38,305 bases of DNA from Sphingomonadales bacterium UBA658 (GCA_002299195.1 DBOA01000174.1:1-38305), one strand, 5' to 3'; shown: positions 16,695 to 27,664, numbered from the stretch's first letter. Numbers and translations are program-made. Notes: generated by a model not told the origin, from the sequence alone.

Positions 16695-19600
16695 TTAACG
16701 CCCCAATAGCACCCTTGCCTGACCTGCAACCTGTGCCAGCATCGCGGGCGTTGGCATGCCTGCCATGCGGGCACGGTCGGCCATCGCCTTAAATGCGCGC
16801 ACGCGGACGGCGTTGGTTTGCAGCCAATCCTGTGCATCCTCAAGCGGCTTCTTCGCGGCACGGCGGCGTAGGAAATCCAAACGCATCGTTTGGAAATCGC
16901 GTGCTAGCCCTGCAACCAGCAGTCGTTCCCACGGGTCATGCGGATCAATTTGCATAGCCGCCCCTTGCGCCCAGCTTAAGCCAAGCGCATCGCCTAAAGC
17001 GGTAAACGCACGCGTAAGCGCCGTCACATCACCCTTTTGGGTCGATGACAACGCCGCCAGACCAATAGCGCCATCCAACTGCGCCAATTCAACCAGCCGG
17101 TCGGCAATTTTGCGTGGCGCGCCATTTTCCGTAAGCCGTGCGCCAAAACGTTCCGTCTGAAGCCGGACGTCATTGGGCAACAACCCGTCAAGCGCAGCCG
17201 ACAATTTCTGCACGACGGGGGCATATATCGCGGTGGCTGCACTGACATCGCGACCTTCATGCGCGTTGCGAATGATGTCCGCCATCTGTGCACGAATTTC
17301 AACGGCCGCTTGATTGAATAGCATCAACCGCGTTGCCTCCGGCATCGGTGTCATATCGATGGCCTGCCACAGCGAAGGCAGATCATAGATGCGCTCGGCA
17401 ATGGCGAAAGCCGCCGCAACATCACCAAGGCCGCAGCCTTCTTCCTCAGCCAATTCAAACGGGGGCAGCATGCCAAGCCGGTTGATCATGCGGTTTGCCA
17501 ATTTGGTCGCGATGATTTCCTTGCGCAACCGGTGCGACAGAATCGCGCTTTTATGGGCCTTAACCATCGCCTCTGGAAACGCCGCCAGCAGTTCGCTGTC
17601 CATTGAGGCATCTTGTGCCAAAGGCGCGTCCTCAACACCGTCCTGCGCGGCCAGCTTTGCCGTCGAAAGCAGCACAGCCAATTCGGGCCGGGTCAGACCA
17701 CGTCCGTCACTTGCGCGGCGGAACAGTTCTTCGTTCGGGGCAAGCCCCTCAACGGCGCGGTCAAGCTTGCCAGATCCTTCGAAAATTTCAATGAGCCGGA
17801 CATAGGCAGGCAAATCCCCCGCACCGCCGGTTTCAGCAATCGAAAGCGCGAGTGTTTGCAGGCGATTGTCCTCAAGCACCAAATGCGCAACGGCATCGGT
17901 CATATCCGCAAGCAGCACGTTGCGCGCAGGTTCCTTCAACTTGCCGGCACGCATTTGCGCATTCAGCGCGATTTTGATGTTCACCTCATTATCCGAACAA
18001 TCGACGCCAGCGCTGTTGTCGATGAAGTCGGTATTGATCCGGCCACCGCGCAATGCGTACCCAATACGCCCTGCCTGCGTGACGCCAAGGTTGGCACCTT
18101 CGCCGATGACCTTTACTTGAACGTCAGCGCCGTTGACGCGGATCGCATCATTGCCGGGATCGCCAACATCCAAATGGCCTTCGCTTCGGTCCTTGATATA
18201 GGTTCCAATCCCGCCAAACCACATCAGCTGCACAGGTGCCTTCAATATCGCGGTCATCAAGGCCGACGGTTCAATCTCCTTCGCATCAATGCCCAATAAT
18301 GCCCTGATTTCAGGTGAAATTTTGATGGATTTTTCGGTGCGCGCGAATACGCCGCCACCCTTTGAAATCAGCTTGCTGTCATAATCGAGCCAGCTCGAAC
18401 GCGGCAGATTGAACAAACGCTGACGTTCTTTCCAGCTGACCGCCGGGTCGGGATCGGGATCAAAAAAGATATGGCGGTGGTCGAATGCCGCGACGACTTT
18501 CAGTGTTTTCGAAAGCAGCATTCCGTTGCCAAAAACGTCGCCGGACATGTCACCGACGCCAGCAACCGTGACAGGTTCTTTTTGAACGTCGATACCCATT
18601 TCGGCGAAATGCCGCTGGACCGAAAGCCAACCACCCTTGGCGGTGATACCCATCGCCTTATGGTCATATCCAACTGAACCGCCGCTGGCGAAAGCATCGC
18701 CCAGCCAGAAATTGCGTTCCAGCGCGATGGCGTTTGCGGTGTCGGAAAATGTCGCCGTGCCCTTGTCAGCAGCAACAACGAAATAAGGATCATCCCCGTC
18801 ATGAATGACGACATTGTCGGGATGCACGATACGGTCGTTGACGATGTTGTCGGTTATCGACAGCAAGGTGCGGATGAATATTTTATAGGCCTCCGTCCCT
18901 TCGGCAAACCATGCATCACGGTCGACGCGCATGTCGGGTAGCCGCTTGGGGTAAAAGCCACCCTTGGCACCTGTCGGCACGATCACAGCGTTTTTAACGC
19001 GCTGTGCCTTCATCAAACCAAGGACCTCCGTGCGGAAATCGTCGCGCCGGTCTGACCAGCGCAGACCGCCACGCGCCACCGGGCCAGCGCGCAAGTGAAT
19101 GCCTTCCACACGCGGCGAATAGACGAACACTTCGCGCCATGGCAGCGGCGCAGGCAGGCCGGGGACTTTCGCGCAATCAAGCTTAAACGCTAGCGCTTCT
19201 GCGGCAGCCGCCGAAAAGGCGTTGGTGCGGACCGTCGCCAAAACAATCGCCAAGAACCGGCGCAATATCCGATCTTCGTCGATGGCCGATACTGCGGCCA
19301 AGTCCGTGTTGATCGACTTCACATATTTGGTGATCTCTTTTTCGCGGTCACCGGAATGCGCGGGGTTATGCCGAACGTCGAACAGGGCAATAATTGAACG
19401 CGTAACATTGGCGTTTTTGGCCAGTGCCGACACCACAGTCGGCATGCCATACGTCACACCCGTTTGACGCAAATAGCGATACCAAGCCCGCAGCCAGATA
19501 ACCGATTGCGGATCAAGGCCGCCGACCGTCACCAGCTGGTTAAAGACATCATTTTCAAAGCTGCCGTCCAAAACATGGCTCAGCGCACCTTCGATAATGC

Positions 19601-21344
19601 GCGGACGTTTCATCACCGCTGCCACATCGCCGCCGCGCAGCGACAGACGGAAGTCGTGGATATAATTGCCGTCGCCCAACGCGCTGGGCAATTCTTCCAA
19701 CACGTCGAAACCGAAATTCTCGAGCGCCGGAACAACATCGCTGAGCGGAAGCGCGCCGCCACCGCTATAAATTTTGAGGCGAAGATTATCGCCGCCCATG
19801 AACAGCCGGGTGACTTTACTGTGGTCGCGCTCCATATTGAGCAGGCCAACCATGTCACGGGCGGCTTCTTCGGTAGAATAGGTGCTGCGATAATTTGCGG
19901 GGAAACCGGCACCGTAACGCACGAGCATTGCTGCCGCGCGCTTTTCGTCGGTCAGTAACGCGAGAGCCGCTTCGACCGCGGGCTCCCATCCACGCACCAT
20001 AAGCTCGATTTTGCCATCAAGCGCGGCCTCGTCGACCTTTTGGTCGCGATCTGGAAGGTCGAGCGTGTACCGCAGCAAGGCGACGCCGCCATCCTCCAAG
20101 CCAATCGTCCAGCCGAGCAAGCTACCGCCTGTGGCATCTATGAGCATATTCTGGATCTGCTTGCGGATGCCTGTCGAGACGTCATCGCGCGGCAGCCAGA
20201 CGAAAATGTACAAATGTCGCCCAAGCGGCGACCGCAGCGCAATCAGCTTCGGCCGCGGGCGATCCGTGAGCGACATCGCGGTCAGCGTAACGCGTTCCAG
20301 ATCATCCAATTTCAGCGCAACCAAAAGATCGTGTGGCAGCGCCGTCAGTGCATGCGCCATCGCCTTGCCCGCATGCCCCGACGGGTCAAAGCCGAACCGG
20401 TCCATAAGCGCCGCCAGATGCGTTCTCAGCACGGGTATCACCTCAGGCGCAGTCGCTAGGGCCGCGCTCGTCCAAAGCCCGGCAGTGACCGCTACGCCCG
20501 TAATGCGGTCGCCGGTTGTGACTGGAATGACGATTAGATCCAGTTGGACGTTGCGGTGCACCGTCGACACCCGGTTGGACTTGAGCACCAGCGGTGCGAC
20601 GCCGCCGTCTTCAAACCATTTGATCGCAAGGCCGACGCTATCTTCTGCAAGAACCGGTGCATCGGTCACGCGAGATAGACCAAGGCGGTCGGTCCGATTG
20701 CCATCGCGGCTGATCCGTTCGTGCGCCAATATGGTCATATTGTTGTCGAGGAACCAGCGAATGAGGGCAGTCCCATCGCTGTCAGGCAGGCTGTCGGCGT
20801 CAGCCGACAGCTCCGCGAGCATATCGCGCCAGTCGGTCACCGCGCCGCGCACATCGGCCAGAACGGCGGCGAGGTGCATTTCAAGCTGCCGGCGCTCCCG
20901 CGCATCGACCCGTTCGGTCTCAAGATAGATGAACGATTCCCGGGCCTGACCGTCCACACGCTTCCGGCTGATGTCGGTGAGCGTCAGGGTATCATCGCGG
21001 GCGACACTCAACACGGGGTGAATGATGCGCTTCACCGATATACCATTTGCGGCAACGGCTGCTGATACCGAATCCACCAGAAATGGCATGTCGTCGTTAT
21101 TCAGCGCGATCCGCATCATCAAACGGCCCCGCGCATCGGTGAAACTATCGAGCGCGATAGCGGCAGTGCCCGCTTTGCGATGAAGACCCGTTTCGATAGT
21201 GAACCGGGCGGCCTCTTCGGTTGCCTTGGCATCAAAACCTTCATTTTCGCCGGGCAGCGCCGTTTCAGCGAACGCCGAAATCATTCCCTTCAGCAGGCTT
21301 TTGTCGAGTTTTCCGGTAGTTTTAGCAATTTTGGCGGCCGCCAT
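16695..21344 (-). CDS. gdhB: Large NAD-specific glutamate dehydrogenase (GdhB/GdhZ type)
   Basis: About 1550 aa; DDMPFLVDS, GPVARGGLRWSDR, KNAVIVPTGAKGGF, VAADKGTATFSD, GYDHKAMGITAKG, DNSAGVDCSDNEVN. Start moved to ATG at 21344 after a CAGGAG RBS. Confidence 0.96.
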   Translation of the reverse strand: MAAAKIAKTTGKLDKSLLKGMISAFAETALPGENEGFDAKATEEAARFTIETGLHRKAGTAAIALDSFTDARGRLMMRIALNNDDMPFLVDSVSAAVAANGISVKRIIHPVLSVARDDTLTLTDISRKRVDGQARESFIYLETERVDARERRQLEMHLAAVLADVRGAVTDWRDMLAELSADADSLPDSDGTALIRWFLDNNMTILAHERISRDGNRTDRLGLSRVTDAPVLAEDSVGLAIKWFEDGGVAPLVLKSNRVSTVHRNVQLDLIVIPVTTGDRITGVAVTAGLWTSAALATAPEVIPVLRTHLAALMDRFGFDPSGHAGKAMAHALTALPHDLLVALKLDDLERVTLTAMSLTDRPRPKLIALRSPLGRHLYIFVWLPRDDVSTGIRKQIQNMLIDATGGSLLGWTIGLEDGGVALLRYTLDLPDRDQKVDEAALDGKIELMVRGWEPAVEAALALLTDEKRAAAMLVRYGAGFPANYRSTYSTEEAARDMVGLLNMERDHSKVTRLFMGGDNLRLKIYSGGGALPLSDVVPALENFGFDVLEELPSALGDGNYIHDFRLSLRGGDVAAVMKRPRIIEGALSHVLDGSFENDVFNQLVTVGGLDPQSVIWLRAWYRYLRQTGVTYGMPTVVSALAKNANVTRSIIALFDVRHNPAHSGDREKEITKYVKSINTDLAAVSAIDEDRILRRFLAIVLATVRTNAFSAAAAEALAFKLDCAKVPGLPAPLPWREVFVYSPRVEGIHLRAGPVARGGLRWSDRRDDFRTEVLGLMKAQRVKNAVIVPTGAKGGFYPKRLPDMRVDRDAWFAEGTEAYKIFIRTLLSITDNIVNDRIVHPDNVVIHDGDDPYFVVAADKGTATFSDTANAIALERNFWLGDAFASGGSVGYDHKAMGITAKGGWLSVQRHFAEMGIDVQKEPVTVAGVGDMSGDVFGNGMLLSKTLKVVAAFDHRHIFFDPDPDPAVSWKERQRLFNLPRSSWLDYDSKLISKGGGVFARTEKSIKISPEIRALLGIDAKEIEPSALMTAILKAPVQLMWFGGIGTYIKDRSEGHLDVGDPGNDAIRVNGADVQVKVIGEGANLGVTQAGRIGYALRGGRINTDFIDNSAGVDCSDNEVNIKIALNAQMRAGKLKEPARNVLLADMTDAVAHLVLEDNRLQTLALSIAETGGAGDLPAYVRLIEIFEGSGKLDRAVEGLAPNEELFRRASDGRGLTRPELAVLLSTAKLAAQDGVEDAPLAQDASMDSELLAAFPEAMVKAHKSAILSHRLRKEIIATKLANRMINRLGMLPPFELAEEEGCGLGDVAAAFAIAERIYDLPSLWQAIDMTPMPEATRLMLFNQAAVEIRAQMADIIRNAHEGRDVSAATAIYAPVVQKLSAALDGLLPNDVRLQTERFGARLTENGAPRKIADRLVELAQLDGAIGLAALSSTQKGDVTALTRAFTALGDALGLSWAQGAAMQIDPHDPWERLLVAGLARDFQTMRLDFLRRRAAKKPLEDAQDWLQTNAVRVRAFKAMADRARMAGMPTPAMLAQVAGQARVLLGR

Positions 21345-21404
21345 GAAATCATCTCCTGAGCCCGCAAGCATTTGGTTAAGTGCCATGTCCAACGACAAAA
21401 TACG

Positions 21405-21421
21405 TTGTAATTTTATTACAA
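21405..21421. promoter_or_regulatory. Palindromic operator candidate TTGTAAT-TTT-ATTACAA
   Basis: Perfect 7-3-7 inverted repeat in the divergent gdhB/symporter intergenic region. Confidence 0.55.
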
Positions 21422-21529
21422 AGCTTATGACGCCCTTCGAGCGCTTAAACAAGTCACGTTTGTAACTGGTTGCGACAGGCATTAGTCCTGTGTAGCGTGC
21501 GCAAAAGTTAAAAATAGGAGAGGCTCCGC

Positions 21530-22873
21530 GTGGATAAACGGCTTACATTATGGATTTTGGTGGGGATGATCCTCGGCGTAGCCGTGGGTTATGCAGTCCA
21601 TGTCAGTTTCGCGCAGGACAGTACGCTGTTCGAATATATCACCAAGACGTTCAAACTGCTTTCGGATATTTTCCTTAATCTCATCAAGCTTTTGGTCGCG
21701 CCGCTGATCCTGTCGACCATCGTCGTCGGTATTGCCCATATGGGTGATAGCAGTGCGCTGGGCAGAATTGGTTTCCGGGCAATCACGTGGTTTATCGTCG
21801 CCAGCTTCATCTCGATTGGCCTTGGACTGTTGATGGTCAACCTGCTCCAGCCAGGCATTGGTGCGCCGGTCGATACCATCACCAATGCCGCCGCCACGAT
21901 TGGCGAGGTCAAGAAGCTCGACTTCTGGGATTTCATCCTGTCGATTTTCCCAAAAAATGCGTTCGAAGCGATGGCAACGAACAATATTTTGCAGATTTTG
22001 GTGTTCGCATTGTTCGCTGGTGTCGCATTGTCCGCTGTGGGCGAAAAAAGTGCGCCGCTCGTTCGGGGTGCGGAAGCCCTTGCCGAAATGATGCTGCAAA
22101 TCACACATTATGTGATGCGTTATGCACCTGTTGCGGTGTTTGGCGCGCTTGCCGCCGTGGTTTCCAAAAGCGGCCTAGCGATTTTGCTGACCTATCTTGA
22201 GCTCGTCGGTGAATTCTATTTGTCGCTCGCATTGTTGTGGACGATCCTTTTGTCGATTGGAGCGATCTTCTTGGGCCGACGCATTTGGACGCTCATTCGT
22301 TACATCCGCGAACCGATGCTCATCGCATTTTCGACCGCATCTAGCGAAGCGGCGTTGCCGAAATTGTTTGAACAGCTTGATCGTTTCGGCGTCCCGCGCC
22401 GGATCTCGGGCTTCATGCTGCCATTGGGATACAGCTTCAACCTTGATGGTTCGATGATGTATATGAGCTTCGCGACCATCTTCATCGCGCAAGCTTATGG
22501 AATTGATTTGTCCATCGGAACGCAGATCCTGATCCTGCTGACACTGATGATTTCTTCGAAGGGCGTAGCCGCCGTGCCTCGCGCATCGTTGGTGGTGATT
22601 ACCGGCACGCTGGCGATGTTTGACTTGCCTGTTGAAGGTGTCGCGCTGATCCTCGCGATCGACCAGTTCCTCGACATGGGCCGGACCGCAACCAACGTCG
22701 TTGGTAACGCCGTGGCAACGTCCGTCATCACCAAATGGGAAGGCATGCTTGAGGTGGAAGAGCCCGAGTTTGTCGAGCCATTGCATGCGCCTGCGCACAC
22801 TGCAGCGCACGGCAAAGCCGGTCTGGACCTTGCCAGCGACATGGTAACTGACGAGCGAAAAACGAAGCTTTAA
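21530..22873 (+). CDS. Dicarboxylate/amino acid:cation symporter (GltP/DctA family)
   Basis: FSTASSEAALP, LPLGYSFNLDG, SKGVAAVPRAS, DQFLDMGRTATNVVGN. GTG start with AGGAG RBS. Confidence 0.95.
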   Translation: MDKRLTLWILVGMILGVAVGYAVHVSFAQDSTLFEYITKTFKLLSDIFLNLIKLLVAPLILSTIVVGIAHMGDSSALGRIGFRAITWFIVASFISIGLGLLMVNLLQPGIGAPVDTITNAAATIGEVKKLDFWDFILSIFPKNAFEAMATNNILQILVFALFAGVALSAVGEKSAPLVRGAEALAEMMLQITHYVMRYAPVAVFGALAAVVSKSGLAILLTYLELVGEFYLSLALLWTILLSIGAIFLGRRIWTLIRYIREPMLIAFSTASSEAALPKLFEQLDRFGVPRRISGFMLPLGYSFNLDGSMMYMSFATIFIAQAYGIDLSIGTQILILLTLMISSKGVAAVPRASLVVITGTLAMFDLPVEGVALILAIDQFLDMGRTATNVVGNAVATSVITKWEGMLEVEEPEFVEPLHAPAHTAAHGKAGLDLASDMVTDERKTKL

Positions 22874-23607
22874 GCAGGGTGCTTGTATCCCAGCAAGGTG
22901 CCTTTGGCGCCTTGGCTGTCGAGCTTAAAGTCCATATTATGATGCTCTTTGCGCCACCGGCGGGCGACCACACGCTCGCCGGGACGCGCGGCATCATCGA
23001 GCAGCACGCGGCCACCGGGACGCAAATGCGAAAATAGGCTCGCCGCCGCACCGCGCACATGCGGATGAAGGGCCCATGGTGGCCCGTCGACGATCAGCAG
23101 ATCAATTTCAGCCGGTATATCGCTCAATTGATACCAATGGCCCGGCCAGCCAGCCGGTGGCGGTCCCAAGGGCGCATGGCGGATGTCGACATCCATATTG
23201 TTGTCACGGATCCAGCCTTGCGTCGTCGACGCAAAATCCCCGTGCTGGTCAAAGCTGACGATTTTTCCACCACCAAATAGCTGCAATGCCCGCGCCGCGA
23301 CAAAAGTCGATGCTCCGCAACCCAGCTCAACCACCTGCTGCGGGCGCATTTCTTCGATTGCAGAAACGATGTGCCACAAAAAATGCGTATCTGCTTTCCA
23401 GCTGCCCAAATTGGGCAACGCATCCAGCGGCAAACCGAGATAAGCGAGCAGTTCCGCCTTATCCTTCTTTCGGCCACCATCGAGGCTGCGCAGCAACCAT
23501 GGCCATTGGATGGCGCCATAAGCCATGACCATAAATCGGTCGCTCAACGACAATGTGAGATCAAGATCGTCGAGTGGCAAGAAGGCCGTGGTTTCGCGCG
23601 TGGTCAT
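22870..23607 (-). CDS. Class I SAM-dependent methyltransferase (Methyltransf_24-like)
   Basis: VVELGCGAST, DLLIVDGP, LRPGGRVLLDD. ATG at 23607 follows GGAGG. Confidence 0.85.
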   Translation of the reverse strand: MTTRETTAFLPLDDLDLTLSLSDRFMVMAYGAIQWPWLLRSLDGGRKKDKAELLAYLGLPLDALPNLGSWKADTHFLWHIVSAIEEMRPQQVVELGCGASTFVAARALQLFGGGKIVSFDQHGDFASTTQGWIRDNNMDVDIRHAPLGPPPAGWPGHWYQLSDIPAEIDLLIVDGPPWALHPHVRGAAASLFSHLRPGGRVLLDDAARPGERVVARRWRKEHHNMDFKLDSQGAKGTLLGYKHPA

Positions 23608-23692
23608 ATGGTCCTCCAATGACGCTGTGCCGCCAACAGTCAATCACGGATTTTTGAGGATGAACGATTTTTCCCACCCTTTGCGATGTTAG

Positions 23693-23706
23693 GACAATCG
23701 ATTGTC
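23693..23706. promoter_or_regulatory. LacI-type operator candidate GACAATCGATTGTC
   Basis: Perfect 14-bp palindrome with central CG and flanking AA/TT, 75 nt upstream of the MFS transporter. Confidence 0.55.
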
Positions 23707-23781
23707 GACATCAATATGTCGCTGATGCTTTACAATCCCGAAAATACTTGAATAACTACGCATCGGAGAAGGAGAAACGGA

Positions 23782-25086
23782 ATGCATGATCGAACGGCTG
23801 TGCGCAGCGGTGGATTGGCTATAACCAACCCAAAGATAATGCTGTTCGCGCTTCTGCTGGTGTACATTCTGAACTTTCTGGACCGCCAGATTATCAATAT
23901 TCTGGCCGAACCTATGAAGGGCGAGCTTGGGCTGAGTGATACGCAGCTCGGTTTGCTCGCCGGCCCTGCTTTCGCGGTTTTTTATGCTGTGCTGGGCATA
24001 CCAATCGCGCGCTATGCGGATAATGCAAAGACCAACCGGGTTTGGCTTATCTCTGTTTGCCTTGCGGTGTGGTCCGGGATGACAGCGATTTGCGGTTTTG
24101 CCCAAAATTTCGCGCAACTCGCTCTTGCCCGGATCGGCGTCGGTGTCGGCGAAGCCGGATGCACGCCTGCTGCGCACTCGCTGATCGCAGACAGCGTGCC
24201 ACCCGAAAAACGGTCGTCAGCTATCGCCTTTTTTGGGTTGGGTATCCCGATTGGTGGACTGCTTGGCCTGATCATTGGCGGGATCGTCAACGACCAATAT
24301 GGCTGGCGCATCGCGCTCATGCTGGTTGGTATGCCGGGGATATTGCTGGCGTTTGTGTTGCCATTGCTCATCCGCGATCCACGGCGATGCGCAGATAGCG
24401 CGCATTTCAACACCGCGGAATCGCCCGTGAAGGCAAAACTGTCGATTAAAGATGCTGTGCGTGAAGTCTTTGCGTCCAAGGCTTATCTGTACGTCTTTAT
24501 CGCCGCATCGTTCACCGCCTTCCTCAGCTACGGCAAGGGTCTGTGGACGATCAGCTTCTTCATCCGGTCCCACGGGCTATCAACGACCGAGGCGGGGCTC
24601 GCTATGGCGGTCGCGCTTGGCATTTCCGGTATCATCGGCACATGGCTTGGTGGAAAAATGGCCGATGTTTTTGGCAAACGTGACAAGCGGCATATCTTGA
24701 CCATGCCTGCAATTGGCATGGCGATTGCCGCACCGATATTGTTTGCCGGATATTGGGCCGAAGATTGGCGGATTGCCGTCGCCCTGCTCATTCTGCCGAC
24801 CATATTGAATTCGGCTTATTACGGCCCTGCTTATGGATGTGTCCAAGGCCTTGTCCGGCCAGAGGCGCGCGCCATTGCGGCATCGCTTGTTGTCTTTGGA
24901 CAAAATCTCATCGGGCTTGGCATGGGCCCATTGTTGTTCGGCGTGCTATCCGATTGGCTGCAACCCATGGCCGGCGACGAAAGTGTCCGCTGGGTGCTGT
25001 ATGGTGCAGCCTGGCTTGGGCTGATCCCTGCTTTTTTCTTCTGGCGCGCTAGCTTGCGGCTGAACGCAGAACTGAAAAGCGGTTAA
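23782..25086 (+). CDS. MFS transporter, spinster-like family
   Basis: [46 protein letters not shown]; about 12 TM helices; AAGGAG RBS. Confidence 0.92.
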   Translation: MHDRTAVRSGGLAITNPKIMLFALLLVYILNFLDRQIINILAEPMKGELGLSDTQLGLLAGPAFAVFYAVLGIPIARYADNAKTNRVWLISVCLAVWSGMTAICGFAQNFAQLALARIGVGVGEAGCTPAAHSLIADSVPPEKRSSAIAFFGLGIPIGGLLGLIIGGIVNDQYGWRIALMLVGMPGILLAFVLPLLIRDPRRCADSAHFNTAESPVKAKLSIKDAVREVFASKAYLYVFIAASFTAFLSYGKGLWTISFFIRSHGLSTTEAGLAMAVALGISGIIGTWLGGKMADVFGKRDKRHILTMPAIGMAIAAPILFAGYWAEDWRIAVALLILPTILNSAYYGPAYGCVQGLVRPEARAIAASLVVFGQNLIGLGMGPLLFGVLSDWLQPMAGDESVRWVLYGAAWLGLIPAFFFWRASLRLNAELKSG

Positions 25087-26372
25087 TCCGCAAATGGATC
25101 GCGGACCAAAATCGTGTCTTCGCGTTGCGGAGACGTCGACACCAAGGCAACGGGCGTTTCGATCAGTTCCTGAACACGGGTGATATACTTAATCGCCTGT
25201 GCAGGCAGGTCGGCCCAGCTGCGCGCGCCGGCGGTCGTTTCCTGCCAACCGGGCATTTCTTCGTAAATCGGCTCGACTACGGCCTGTTCTGCGGCGTGCG
25301 CGGGCAGATAATCATATACCTTGCCGTTCAGGCGATAGCCCGTGCAGATTTTGATCGTGTCAAAACCGTCCAGGACATCCAACTTCGTCAGCGCAATTCC
25401 CGTGACACCGGACACCGCACAGCTTTGACGCACGATTACCGCATCGAACCAGCCACAACGGCGTTTTCTGCCGGTCACGGTTCCAAATTCATGACCCCGT
25501 TCGCCAAGCCGCTGGCCCGTTTCATCTTCCAACTCGGTGGGGAAAGGCCCGGAACCAACCCGCGTGGTATATGCCTTCACAATACCAAGTACAAAACCAG
25601 CGGCACTTGGCCCAAGACCTGAGCCAGCCGCGGCAGTGCCCGAAACCGTGTTTGATGATGTCACAAATGGATAGGTGCCATGGTCGACATCCAGCAAAAC
25701 GCCCTGCGCGCCTTCAAACAATATCCGCGCGCCTGCCTTGCGCACTTGGTTCAACCGCTTCCACACTGGCTGCGCATATTCGAGAACGAATGGCGCAATT
25801 TCCTTAAGGTCAGCAATCAGGCGGGCACGGTCTACCGGCGGTTCGCCAAAGCCGGCGCGCAGCGCATCATGGTGCGCGCACAAACGGTCCAATTGCGCAT
25901 CAAGCGCATCCAAATGCGCAAGGTCGCAAACGCGAATGGCGCGGCGGCCGACCTTATCTTCATAAGCAGGGCCAATTCCGCGACCCGTGGTGCCAATCTT
26001 GCCCGAACCGGCGGCGGCTTCGCGCAAGCCATCCAAATCACGATGGATCGGCAAAATCAGCGCGCAATTGTCGGCGAGTGCGAAGTTTTCGGTTGTAATC
26101 GAAACGCCCTGCACACGCAGCTTCGTCATTTCGTCGCGCAACGCCCATGGGTCCAGAACAACACCATTGCCGATGATCGACAGCGTGCCCGTCACGATAC
26201 CCGACGGCAGCAGCGACAATTTATATACATTTTCGCCGACCACCAATGTGTGGCCTGCATTATGTCCGCCCTGAAACCGGACCACTGCATCGGCGCGTTC
26301 CGCCAACCAGTCGACAATCTTACCTTTTCCCTCGTCGCCCCACTGAGCGCCAATTACGGTTACATTTGCCAT
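25083..26372 (-). CDS. purA: Adenylosuccinate synthase
   Basis: [54 protein letters not shown]. Confidence 0.98.
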   Translation of the reverse strand: MANVTVIGAQWGDEGKGKIVDWLAERADAVVRFQGGHNAGHTLVVGENVYKLSLLPSGIVTGTLSIIGNGVVLDPWALRDEMTKLRVQGVSITTENFALADNCALILPIHRDLDGLREAAAGSGKIGTTGRGIGPAYEDKVGRRAIRVCDLAHLDALDAQLDRLCAHHDALRAGFGEPPVDRARLIADLKEIAPFVLEYAQPVWKRLNQVRKAGARILFEGAQGVLLDVDHGTYPFVTSSNTVSGTAAAGSGLGPSAAGFVLGIVKAYTTRVGSGPFPTELEDETGQRLGERGHEFGTVTGRKRRCGWFDAVIVRQSCAVSGVTGIALTKLDVLDGFDTIKICTGYRLNGKVYDYLPAHAAEQAVVEPIYEEMPGWQETTAGARSWADLPAQAIKYITRVQELIETPVALVSTSPQREDTILVRDPFAD

Positions 26373-26510
26373 CAGATATTCCCTGTCAAAGCCAGATAGC
26401 TCTGGGGCCTTTTTCTGCGCAGGAGCTTTTTCCTGCGAAGGGATTCGCCATGTGCTCCGTTATGATTATGATGGCGCTGCGTCCACCCTAAAGCAACGTG
26501 ATGGACGATT

Positions 26511-27623
26511 TCAGACGATAACCGCCTGCCCGTTGACCCATTTATGGGTGCAGCCCAGCACGGCGGCGCTGTCATTTTCGTCCAACGCAGCGACCGAAAC
26601 CCAACCTTCGCTACGCAATTTCGCGCCGGTGGCGGCATCGGTGCCGAGCGGCAGGAACAGACGCTGCGCGGTGCTTTCTTCGGCCAAGTCAATCAACGGA
26701 TCTGGATAAAGCGAAAATCCAGTTGCTGCTTCAGACGGGCCATCGGCGCGGTCGATATAATAAGTGCCACCACGACCGAGCGCCGCGCTATAGCCTTTCG
26801 CGAAGATCGTGAAGCCGAACCAGCTTTGATATTCAAAGCCATGCCGTTCGGTTGGATCAAGCGTCACATTGGCGCGACCAGCGACCGTTGCGGCGATGCT
26901 TTCAAGCGCCTGGATTCGCGACGCAAGTGCACCGCCAGCATCAATCGCACGCAATTTTTCAACGGCCGCATCAAATGGACCAGTCGCCGCGAGCAATGGC
27001 AGATAGGCATCCGCACCCAACACGCTAAGGCCGCCAGCATCCTTCATATCGAGTTCGGAACGCACGGCATCGATTTTATCGGGTGCCAAAGGCAAAGCTT
27101 TTTCAGCAAGCCGTTCGACCAAGTCGGGGAGCGTAAAATCGATGGTGATGTCTTTGACGCCCGCTGCCTCCAGCGCATCGATGGCGACGCCAACAATTTC
27201 GCACGCCGCAGCAACGCTATCGTTGCCGATCAATTCCGCGCCCAGCTGCGTCAATTCACGCTCTGGACGAAGTTGCTTTGCCTTCAGGCGCAGAACCTGA
27301 CCATGATAGCACAAGCGCAACGGCCGCGGCGATTCTTGCATCCGCGTTGTCGCAATGCGCCCGACCTGAACGGTTATATCGCCACGTAATGCCAGCGTGT
27401 GTCCAGAAACAGGGTCGGTAAAACGCAAATGCTGGTTCCGCGCCGCGCCGCCACTGCGTTCGGCAAGGGCGCTTTCAAATTCGGCGATGGCTGGCGCCAC
27501 TCTGGCATAGCCATAGCTTGTCAGCACATCGATCATGGCACGCGACACCCGCGCCGCAACCTCCGCTTGGGGAGGAAGTCGGTCGCGGAAGCCTTCAGGC
27601 AGCAAGTCGGGCGGAATCTTCAT
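26511..27623 (-). CDS. hisZ: ATP phosphoribosyltransferase regulatory subunit
   Basis: LLPEGFRDRLP, LALRGDITVQVGRIA, RELTQLGAELIG, GRGGTY; HisRS-like paralog directly upstream of purA. Confidence 0.92.
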   Translation of the reverse strand: MKIPPDLLPEGFRDRLPPQAEVAARVSRAMIDVLTSYGYARVAPAIAEFESALAERSGGAARNQHLRFTDPVSGHTLALRGDITVQVGRIATTRMQESPRPLRLCYHGQVLRLKAKQLRPERELTQLGAELIGNDSVAAACEIVGVAIDALEAAGVKDITIDFTLPDLVERLAEKALPLAPDKIDAVRSELDMKDAGGLSVLGADAYLPLLAATGPFDAAVEKLRAIDAGGALASRIQALESIAATVAGRANVTLDPTERHGFEYQSWFGFTIFAKGYSAALGRGGTYYIDRADGPSEAATGFSLYPDPLIDLAEESTAQRLFLPLGTDAATGAKLRSEGWVSVAALDENDSAAVLGCTHKWVNGQAVIV

Positions 27624-27664
27624 GCGCGTTCTTTACGCGAAAAGTTCTGGCGGGGAAGCCCCGC

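Noticed and set aside
16507-16709. ORF-track entries 16507-16698 and 16524-16709
   Set aside because: No RBS and they overlap the gdhB end; the third frame (16562-16690) has the RBS and is the likely gene.
21345-21482. 46-aa N-terminal extension of GDH
   Set aside because: Covers the divergent promoter and operator region; the ATG at 21344 has a clear RBS.
26372-26692. His-rich reading frame (HHNHNGAH) after hisZ as a his attenuator peptide
   Set aside because: It starts inside hisZ with no RBS, lies downstream rather than upstream of the his gene, and has no terminator/antiterminator pair.
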